Assembly: GCF_001194135.2 (NCBI RefSeq)
Contig: NC_068991.1
Coordinates: 64,270,094 to 64,307,113 of the forward strand
Reading direction: 5' to 3'
DNA from: Octopus bimaculoides
Lineage: Eukaryota
Length of the DNA: 37,020 nt
The notes beneath the pieces are model-generated. The model searched no databases, was not told the origin of the DNA, and worked only from the letters and a program-made list of their open reading frames with translations. How positions within the stretch are numbered: the stretch's first letter is position 1; every line of letters begins with the position of its first letter. Below, piece by piece: positions 23,482-33,597 of this stretch. The position numbers and the translations under genes are program-made.

Positions 23482-25560
23482 CTCAGCAACGGAGGAAGAG
23501 TAATTACATCTGAAATCAGCGCTGATATGACTCCATCTCGCTTGTCGTAGGGAGGGAACCTGACTCCCTTGTTATTCGTTAGGAAAGTGCTCTTAGCCGG
23601 CTGAGAGTTGTTTCGACTTTTATTTCTAGAAATGTTGGTGCTAACTAGTACCCTCCGTTACTTTGCTGTTGAATATTCTCGTTGCATTTCGGTTCTAAAT
23701 TGCGAATAGCCGCCTTAATAATTTATTAGTGAGAACTGTGAATATTTCACGGAATTAATGGTAAGCCTGTTGGATTACTTCTGAAAAATTTATCCAAAAA
23801 ACCTGAAAGCGTAGCCTCTGCTGTGTGTGTATGGAAAGACAATCTCATATCTGTTACTCATTGAAAAGTGAAAAGACTTGGAATACGATGATTGCTTAAT
23901 GCACTTTATATATACACTTTATATAATTTATGCACAATTTTTATAGAATTAACACACAGCACTAATAAAATAAATATTCACTCTTATTTTCCCATTTCCC
24001 CCATAAAGAAAATAAAAAAGAATATCCCGTAGATATGATACAACCTTTAGTTGAATTGCATATTTTTGCCACGCAAATAAGCGTTAAGTGATAGGTGATA
24101 TAAAAAGACAAAACTGAGTTCAGTTATGAAAAAGAATACACTTTTCACTATCCAACCACCACCACCACCACCACCACCACCGTAATCTCTCTCATCCCAT
24201 CACATTCCCCTCTTTCCTTTGTCTCTCTCTCCTCCATTTCTCTCTGTGCCTTTCTTTAACCTCTCCATCTTCTTTTAACTACGCAATAAATAACACGTTC
24301 CCCCTTACCTCACGTCATGGACGTTTCCCTCTCCCTCTTTTTCTTTCTCCCGCTTTTTGTTTCACTCTTCGCCTCATCCTCTTTTTCACTTTTCTTTTTC
24401 TTTCTCTTCTCTTTCCGTTCAAACAATCTCATGAAAGCCTTACACTTACATCCCCTTTATCTCACGTCATGGATGCTTCTCTCTCACCTTTGTTCTCCCT
24501 CCCTCCTTATCCGTCTCCCTCTTTTTCTTAGTTACGTGAAAGCATTACCGACGGGAAAGTAAGGCGATGACAAGCAGAATTATCATAGTATATATATATA
24601 TATATATNNNNNNNNNNNNNNNNNNNNNNNNNNNNNNNNNNNNNNNNNNNNNNNNNNNNNNNNNNNNNNNNNNNNNNNNNNNNNNNNNNNNNNNNNNNNN
24701 NNNNNNNNNNNNNNNNNNNNNNNNNNNNNNNNNNNNNNNNNNNNNNNNNNNNNNNNNNNNNNNNNNNNNNNNNNNNNNNNNNNNNNNNNNNNNNNNNNNN
24801 NNNNNNNNNNNNNNNNNNNNNNNNNNNNNNNNNNNNNNNNNNNNNNNNNNNNNNNNNNNNNNNNNNNNNNNNNNNNNNNNNNNNNNNNNNNNNNNNNNNN
24901 NNNNNNNNNNNNNNNNNNNNNNNNNNNNNNNNNNNNNNNNNNNNNNNNNNNNNNNNNNNNNNNNNNNNNNNNNNNNNNNNNNNNNNNNNNNNNNNNNNNN
25001 NNNNNNNNNNNNNNNNNNNNNNNNNNNNNNNNNNNNNNNNNNNNNNNNNNNNNNNNNNNNNNNNNNNNNNNNNNNNNNNNNNNNNNNNNNNNNNNNNNNN
25101 NNNNNNNNNNNNNNNNNNNNNNNNNNNNNNNNNNNNNNNNNNNNNNNNNNNNNNNNNNNNNNNNNNNNNNNNNNNNNNNNNNNNNNNNNNNNNNNNNNNN
25201 NNNNNNNNNNNNNNNNNNNNNNNNNNNNNNNNNNNNNNNNNNNNNNNNNNNNNNNNNNNNNNNNNNNNNNNNNNNNNNNNNNNNNNNNNNNNNNNNNNNN
25301 NNNNNNNNNNNNNNNNNNNNNNNNNNNNNNNNNNNNNNNNNNNNNNNNNNNNNNNNNNNNNNNNNNNNNNNNNNNNNNNNNNNNNNNNNNNNNNNNNNNN
25401 NNNNNNNNNNNNNNNNNNNNNNNNNNNNNNNNNNNNNNNNNNNNNNNNNNNNNNNNNNNNNNNNNNNNNNNNNNNNNNNNNNNNNNNNNNNNNNNNNNNN
25501 NNNNNNNNNNNNNNNNNNNNNNNNNNNNNNNNNNNNNNGCATGTGTGAGTGTGTGTATCT

Positions 25561-25617
<57 letters not shown>

Positions 25618-26329
25618 AATGTGTATTGTGGTATAGATAAGGAAAATAATAATTTGATGCATCTATATTTTATCTGACTTTCTCCATGTAGATATGTCTC
25701 TATGTATTATATATATATAAACATACGCACATAACAAATACATACATTTATAAAAACAGACAAAAAGATAAATAGAATCACTGGATGATGAATCGTTTCC
25801 TATATGCCAATATCAAGTTCAATATATGTATCAATGTGATTGTGGTAGTAATTTTGTGGTGGTGATGGTAGCGGTGGAATAGTTGTTGTTGTTGTTTATC
25901 GTGGTAGTACTTAATGTGCGCGTGTGTGTGTATAACGGCTCGCTGCTCTTATAGAATAGATTGACCGATTTTATTAAAACATCCATCATTTTCAGCGTCT
26001 ATTGGTAATTTCTGGTGAAGCAATGCTAAAATTTTTACCCTCCTCATGTCTATATCTGAGACACTCACTAATGTGTATGTGGTAATATCTTTGCCGGGGT
26101 AGAAACTCAGTTAACCTAATTCCGCGACTTAGTTTAATTTTCAATAGAAATATTTCTAAATGTGTTCCATTTAAGTCGGCGATACTCTCGTAAATGTATA
26201 ACGTTTATAACTAACATCTTCCCTGGCATAATAAAAAATATTATAATAAATACATGGATGAAAACGCTCGCATTGTCTTGTAGTAGTAGTAGTAGTAACA
26301 TATTTTCTAAACAAATATCAATTTTCTTT

Positions 26330-27041
26330 GAAGACGATGAAACGTGGAAATATGAACGCGGAAACAAGAAGTTGAGAAAAAGAACGGTGGGTGGGAGTAG
26401 AAGGAGAACAGGGGGGGGAGAGGAAGGAGAAGAAGAAGAAGAAGAAGAAGAAGAAGAAGAAGAAGAAGAAGAAGAAGAAGAAGAAGATAAGAAGTTAAAG
26501 AAGGCAAATAAGCAGAACAAGAACAAGAGGAACAAGAATAATAATAGAACAACAACAGGGAAAAGAACAACAATGAGAATAAGAAGATGAAGAAAAAATA
26601 GAAGTAAAAGAAGAAAAAGAAAATGAATGAAGACAACAACTAGGAAGAGGAGGAGAAGAAAAACAGAAGGAAGTGAAGAAGGGAAAGTAGAAAAGAAAAA
26701 AAATGAATGAATAAATGAGTGAATGCTTAGGTGGTGAGAAGGAATAAGAGGAGGAGGCGAGAGAGAGATAGGGTGAGAAGGAAAAGAATACAACAATAAT
26801 GAAAACAACAACAATAACGATTATAAAGGCAAAACAAAAATCTAAAGAAAAGAAATCTAAGAAGCAACCAACCAAACATGGAATCTTTCCTCCATTTTCC
26901 TACTTTTTTTTCTTTAACAGAACAAAGTTATCTTTCACCGACTTCGCTACTTTCATTATATCTATATTTGTCTTTCTCTCTCTGTCTCTCTGTTTCTCTT
27001 CCTCTCTCTCCCACCCTCCCTCTGTATGTATGTATGTCTGC

Positions 27042-27086
<45 letters not shown>

Positions 27087-27110
27087 CATTCTCTCTTTCT
27101 CTCTCTTTCT
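26330..27110. repeat. Purine-rich low-complexity region with (AGA)n (26427-26486), followed by a (CT)n/(CTGT)n tract
   Basis: Visible; explains the poly-E/poly-S/poly-L ORFs. Confidence 0.9.
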
Positions 27111-27471
27111 AAGTACCCAGCCATTGCTTTTAGCAGCGTTATATATTTGCCGTTATGCTTTGTTATGAAAAAGGATGTTATGATGCGATCGATATTGGAT
27201 AGGAACGTGGTAAAAAGCATTGAAGTATGTCCTTTACTGCATCTTATAAAGGCTGATTAAATCAGCTTATTTCTATTACACCGTGAAACTGAATAAATAA
27301 TCAAACAAAACTGTATGTGTAAATGATAACTAAATACACTCTCCATATGACTTGTAAACAGTACACTTTACCTTAACAGGTGATCAGTATTCTGTATGCC
27401 TCACGAGAGCGTACATGCATACAAACATACTTATATACATACATACATACATACATACATGCATACATGCA

Positions 27472-27505
<34 letters not shown>

Positions 27506-27544
27506 CATACATACATACAAAGATATATACAGACATTATATATA

Positions 27545-27570
27545 TATATGTATATATATATATAACGATA

Positions 27571-27622
<52 letters not shown>

Positions 27623-27625
27623 ACG

Positions 27626-27669
<44 letters not shown>

Positions 27670-27860
27670 CGATATATATACACATATATATAACGATTTA
27701 TATATATATACATATATATAACGATATATATATATATACATATATACATATATATAACGATTTATATATATATACACACATATATAACGATATATATATA
27801 TATACATATATATAACGATATATATATATATACATATATACATATATATACAACGATATA

Positions 27861-27922
<62 letters not shown>

Positions 27923-27950
27923 ACGATATATATACATATACATATATATA
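27545..27950. repeat. Degenerate minisatellite: (TA)n punctuated by AACGA anchors
   Basis: Ten AACGA occurrences by hand count between 27564 and 27926. Confidence 0.9.
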
Positions 27951-28662
27951 TNNNNNNNNNNNNNNNNNNNNNNNNNNNNNNNNNNNNNNNNNNNNNNNNN
28001 NNNNNNNNNNNNNNNNNNNNNNNNNNNNNNNNNNNNNNNNNNNNNNNNNNNNNTATATATATATATATATATATATTTACATATATATATAGGGAGAGAG
28101 AGAGAGAGCGATTTATATACATATAAACACTAACAGGCAGAAATATATACGTTTTGTGTGAGTAGGCTACGTGACATATTTTAGAATGCATGTCATTGGC
28201 AGGTGAGTACATAGCTACATTGAAAGTAATGTAGATTTCTGCATTGTTGACGCACGCTAACATAAACAGAACAACAACAAGAATAAGATGATGATGATGA
28301 TGATGTGGATGAGAATTATGATGGTGATGGTGGTGGTGGAGGAGGTGGAGGAGGAAAACGACGAGGAGAGAGAGAGGAGAAGATGAAAGAACAAGTAGAC
28401 ACAACTTGGAGACAGATGAAAGAGACAGGACCAAGAAATAGAGAGTTGAGCCAGATAAAAGACATAAGTTGTGTTTATAAGTTGGTAACGTCTGTGATTG
28501 AATTCTTCAACCATTCATCGCTACTGACTTTGTTAGATCACTTGTCATAGGTTTAGCTGAATGGAGATAAAGGATATCACTTCATTATGCATTTCCACAT
28601 AAGTGCTAGCAAAGGAATCGAAGTTAAATTGCTCTAGGTAGTAATTGGGACCAAATTATAGA

Positions 28663-28955
28663 GAAGGTGCGTGGCTTAGTGGTTAGGGTGTACGGTTCAC
28701 CAGCGTAAGGTCGCGAGTTAGATTCCTCGCAGCGCGCATGTCATCGAGCAAGACACGTAATTTCACGTTGCTTCAGTCTACTCAGCTGGCGAAATATGCT
28801 GTACCTGTAGCTGAAAGGGCCAGCCCTGTTACATTGTGTCACGTCGAATCCCCCACGTTAGAGCTATGTGCGTCTGTAGAGTGCTCAGTCACTTGCACGT
28901 TAATTTGACGAGTAGGTTGTTCTGTTGGTCATATCGACAATAATCTTGATGGTCA
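28663..28955 (+). mobile_element. tRNA-derived SINE family C (gagcaagacac V/CORE-like box)
   Basis: A-box tggcttagtgg, B-box-like gagttagattcc, gagcaagacac...tttcacgttgct.cagtc.actcagctggc; the reverse complement aligns with the 30596 and 33150 copies. Confidence 0.8.
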
Positions 28956-29464
28956 TAACCAGAACCAAATTCAAGCTAAACCCAACGAAAGCTCTTTTAC
29001 ATTTCCGGCACTAAAATATTTCGATTTTTATTTTCATATGATTTAATACAAGTGTTTCCAGTTAATCTTTTCATGATGTTTTCATTTTCTTTTAAAAAGA
29101 TTTTAGTGTCATTCAAGAAGTAAAGTTTTGTTAGACAGAATATATGAATCCGCGATGAAGTCATGAGTAAATATGAGCCTACTTGTGGTTCTACAGCAGT
29201 CTAATTTTTCAAAATATTACATAACACTGCCAGGACCAATTCTAACAGAGGCTGATAGCAGCATTTTACTGATAACAACGTATCTATTACTATCTGTTAA
29301 TACTTGAATGATCGACAATTATACAGATCCCTATTAGGGACTAGAATATTTGTATGCACCCAGTAAAATATTTTAAAATATAAAACTTTTCACAGGCAGT
29401 TGTGTTCTTTGGGAACTGGTGGAACCCATATCATAGCTTGAACATAAGCGCAAAAAGGATTATC

Positions 29465-29600
29465 AAGCCAAATGAAATACTTGAATGAGAGTTTCAATAT
29501 TTATTTCTATACCGAACCAATCGGCCCTCGTGTTCACATCATGAAGAACGTCCCGAGAATGAGAAATGGAAGAAATTGGGTGAGAAATTCCACGGGCCAC
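29465..29600 (-). mobile_element. Possible very degenerate LINE reverse-transcriptase remnant
   Basis: SRDVLHDVNTRADWFGIEINIET loosely resembles the post-YADD RT motif LQ.LL..+N..+..+GL.IN..KT; no YADD present. Confidence 0.22.
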
Positions 29601-29871
29601 AACGGCATAAATGGTCTGGGAACACGTTGACGTGAGCAATGGAGAGATGCAGGGTAAATAGCAATATCTTGACAAGATTAAGACGTGAATTCAAATTGCT
29701 CAAAACGTAGATTGTGGAAGCTAAACTATTCTATAGCAATTACTGAGTCATTTTATCACCTACATCAACTTATATGATAAATCTGTTTCACGGATTTCAG
29801 CGTGTTAGTAGCTAATGTTCCATCTTTCAGCATAAATCCCAGCATAATTCTTTACAGAATGGAATTAGGAT

Positions 29872-30190
29872 TTCACCCATCCATCTATCCACTCATTATC
29901 TCCACCTACTTTTCCTGCGAATGTCGTTGGATAGAGGGTCCTCAACAGAATCCTATCAGAAGCAACTGTCATTACACTTTCTGACTAGATTCCCAAGCAT
30001 GACCACCTGAGACTACGGATATTATCCCAAACATCTGTTTTAGTTTATCCGTAGGTCTCCTGCAGGTTGGGTAGGCTTGAAGAATTCGTCTTTCCCACAA
30101 CATTCTAATCACACTCCTATAGTACCGGAACTGTGACGTTTCAATGCGATGAAGCAGAGGTTCAACATAAATAGACTCCATGAGGTTAAC
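29872..30190 (-). mobile_element. RTE-clade (Rex3/Expander-like) LINE 3' fragment with (GATG)n-type tail
   Basis: VEPLLHRIETSQFRYYRSVIRM...YPTCRRP...HAWES resembles VEPLLL.IERSQLRW.GH..RM...CPTGRRP...LAWERLG; tail reads cccatccatctatcc on + at about 29876-29890. Confidence 0.8.
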
Positions 30191-30211
30191 TAAACAAATT
30201 TTTTTACTTAC

Positions 30212-30355
30212 CGTCTGTGTCAACTTCTCTGATCATTTCTTCCAATTCCTGTTCGGAAGGTGCCTGACCCAATGATTTCATTACTGCTTTCAGTTCGTTA
30301 CTCGTGATTTGACCATCATGGTCAATATCGAACATTTGAAAAGCTTCTTTGATTT
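30212..30355 (-). CDS. Internal exon of a calmodulin-like EF-hand protein (EF-hand 1 plus start of EF-hand 2)
   Basis: Acceptor ...cctctttcataaatttttcag|AA ATC and donor GAC G|gtaagt; 144 bp, phase 1/1. Translation (E)[47 protein letters not shown](G) is 31/49 identical by hand to canonical calmodulin 12-60. EF loop [12 protein letters not shown] is canonical. Confidence 0.93.
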
Positions 30356-30595
30356 CTGAAAAATTTATGAAAGAGGAAATAAGCAAATTTCAATTTTCTG
30401 TAAATATTTGAGAGAAATATATTATATGCTATTGATTTTTTTAAGTAACATCATAGAAATTATCTGTGAAATAAAATGAACATAATTCCTTTTGTAAAAA
30501 AAAGTAAAGGTATTATTAAAAAGACAATTTAAATTTCACAAAACACAGATCTCTTGTTCGCAGTCCACAGCAGCGTGACATTCAAAGAGAATTAA

Positions 30596-30898
30596 TGGCG
30601 CTCCGTCAGTTGCGACGACGGGTGTTCCAGTTTATCCGACCAAAAGAACAGCCTGCTCGAGAAATTAATATGCAAGGGGCTGTCCACTCCAATGACACCT
30701 GTTGCCTCAACATAGTTTTCAGGTAGATTCAGTGTGACACAAAATGTAACAAGTTTGGCCCTTTGAAACACAGGTACAAACACATTTTTGTCACCGGAGT
30801 GGACTGGAGCAACGTGAAATAAAATAACTTGCTCGAGGACACGAATCGCCCCTGGGATTAGAACTCAAATACCTCTAACCCCCAAGCCATTGGCCTTC
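30596..30898 (-). mobile_element. SINE family C
   Basis: ctccgtcagtt..gac.acg...aacagcctgctcg.gaaattaa...ggccctttgaaa...gagtggactggagcaacgtgaaataaa...cttgctcgaggacac; colinear with 33150-33477. Confidence 0.82.
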
Positions 30899-31146
30899 GC
30901 AGAGAAGGTTTTATATATATATATATATNNNNNNNNNNNNNNNNNNNNNNNNNNNNNNNNNNNNNNNNNNNNNNNNNNNNNNNNNNNNNNNNNNNNNNNN
31001 NNNNNNNNNNNNNNNNNNNNNNNNNNNNNNNNNNNNNNNNNNNNNNNNNNNNNNNNNNNNNNNNNNNNNNNNNNNNNNNNNNNNNNNNNNNNNNNNNNNN
31101 NNNNNNNNNNNNNNNNNNNNNNNNNNNNNNNNNNNNNNNNNNNNNN

Positions 31147-31206
31147 ATGTGGCAACATATTAAAACCAAGTGGGAGCTCCCACTTGGTTTTAATATGTTG
31201 CCACAT
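31147..31206. repeat. Perfect 60-bp palindrome abutting an assembly gap
   Basis: atgtggcaacatattaaaaccaagtgggag|ctcccacttggttttaatatgttgccacat, no loop, no mismatch. Confidence 0.95.
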
Positions 31207-31559
31207 TCGTAATATGTCTTTTTTTCTACATTTTTTCGTGCAGCTGAAGATTGCTCTTCATATTGCATTTAAGGTAATGCTCACATTACTTAAATAAATT
31301 GAAGTAGCATGAAACGTGCGTACTGCAATCACTTTTGAAATCCGTGTTGCTTATTATTTGATTTTAATCACCCATCCTTTTGGGATGTGATATTCGGGTG
31401 CCTTCGCATAAGTACCATATTCAAGCCTTGAATCTATATCTAAACCGTCTATATATATATATATATATATATAAATACACACATACATACATGCACACAT
31501 ATATATAAGTAATACACACACAAACACACACACACGCACATAATGTGTGTGTGTGTTTG

Positions 31560-31592
<33 letters not shown>

Positions 31593-31597
31593 CTGTG

Positions 31598-31639
<42 letters not shown>

Positions 31640-32119
31640 TTCGTGGCAGAAAATATAATCTTCAATTTTTGGGAGTGGGCTACTTCTAGTTGTTCATGAT
31701 ATTGATGTTGCTGTTGTTGCTACTGCTGATAGTGGTTGTGCTGGTGATGGTAGTGATCAACACCTGGTGAATATTGAGCCAGTAGATCTATGATCACAGT
31801 TATTCCAGCCCCGACCGTACCTTCCACTTTCCAGAGACAATGTATCTTGGTGTATATTATCTCATGTGTCCTTCCTTTATTTTAACGTTAGTATTTATAG
31901 CAGATCGAGTGAGCAGACCACATAAAACACCTGATGTTCAACTGTAGATATCTCTTTTATTTGCACAGGTAGAATGTCTAGGATAATCGATTTCCAATTA
32001 CTATAAATATGCTGAATAGATATATCTACAATTGTATAATTAGAATATTTATTTTGCTCAACCGCCAGTAAAAAAGGTGAGTACAGGCAATAAAATGGAC
32101 CCGTAAGCTTCCAATAATA

Positions 32120-32230
32120 TAAGTTATCGACCCAGGAAGATGAAAAATAAAAGCAACACCGGCAGTATATGAACGAGCGTGTAGAGAAATCGTTAAATAT
32201 TTTAGCGCATTTTGACGAATGCTTAGCCTT
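32120..32230 (-). mobile_element. Highly degenerate SINE family A fragment
   Basis: ttatcgacccaggaagatgaaa..aaag..acaccggcag...gcatttt...gcctt. Confidence 0.35.
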
Positions 32231-32587
32231 TTTTTCTTTTGTTTTTGATAGGGATGGGCAAACCCACCAAAGTAAAAGCAAAAGATGTTCACTAGCACAA
32301 CAAAACCTCTGGATATGGTTGCTTAAACAGTTTCAAATGTGACCTTAACCATGCTGAGATCACACACGACTCTCCTTACTCACTGAATGATAAATAGGCC
32401 ATTGTGGTTTCTAAAAGATATACCCTTACTTAAGGTTAGGAAGTATGGGGCATGTTTAGAACGTCTTTGACATCAGGTGAGATCAATTAGAAACAAACTG
32501 GAGCTATAAAAACAAAAATATAACAAACGTTTATGCATTTGTATAGATTCTATAGATTACTTTAATTCATACATTGTGTGAAATATA

Positions 32588-32642
<55 letters not shown>

Positions 32643-32929
32643 GATGTATGTATGTATGTATGTATGCGTGGTTCTCTGTCAGACATAAAATTTCTAGATT
32701 TTTAGGCTCATAGCTCTTAATCAAAAGTCTTAATAATGGAGCAAATATTCTCGAACTTTTGGTGATGGCTGGATGAAAAATGACGCTCCTTATTTTATCA
32801 GTGATGCAGTAAATACCATGGGGAAACTATACATTGTTCGTGATTTTGCGTTGAAATTGTTCATTATTTGCTGTACTGTATTTGCAAAAATGTTTGGATG
32901 CCTATAATTCATACTACATATTCAAATGT

Positions 32930-33062
32930 CTAGAAAGGATAAACGCAAAATGTCCCTTCATATACCCAAACTAGAAATCAAAAACATCAACTCCCAACGA
33001 GCTTTATCCGTAAATTTCCTGAAGAAGAGGTCCTAATCCTGAAATATCGAGACACCAGGTAA
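32930..33062 (+). mobile_element. Penelope-like element end: possible GIY-YIG C-terminal remnant followed by a hammerhead-like motif (33015-33052)
   Basis: RKMSLHIPKLEIKNINSQ resembles the GIY-YIG C-terminal E.L.I....P.LN motif; it is followed by TTTC-CTGAAGA-AG-AGG-TCCTAAT-CCT-GAAA-TA-TC-GAGA. Confidence 0.45.
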
Positions 33063-33149
33063 TAGCACTAATCGCCGACCTATATTGTTAATATTTATAA
33101 TTTGCATTGTTTTGGCTTATAAACACACACACACACACACGAATATATA

Positions 33150-33477
33150 ATTTGCACTCCGTCAGTTATGACAACGGAGGCTTCAGTTGTTCTAAACAAC
33201 AGTACAGCCTGCTTGTAAAATTAAGACGCAAGTGGCTGAGTACTCCATAGAAACGCGTACGTTTAACGTAGTTCTCAGAAAGAATGAGCATAACACATAA
33301 TGTGATAAGTCTGACCATTTGAATTACAGATACAGGTCATTTTTGCCAGCTGAGTGGACTATAACAACGTGAGATGTGTAGTGTCTTGCTCCTAGGATTG
33401 AACGCGCCGCCGGGAAGCGAACGAACGACCTTACGACCTTGAGCTTAATACCGTAACCACTGAGCCACACGCCTTCA
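33150..33477 (-). mobile_element. SINE family C, full length
   Basis: Reverse complement head tgaaggcgtgtggctcagtggttacgg (A-box), central gagcaagacac...cacgttg..atagtccactcagctggcaaaaatga. Confidence 0.85.
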
Positions 33478-33566
33478 TATACATACATATATATGCATAC
33501 ATATACATGCACGAGCGCGCGCACACACACGCGCGCGCGCGAGCACACACCCACACATACACACAA

Positions 33567-33597
<31 letters not shown>

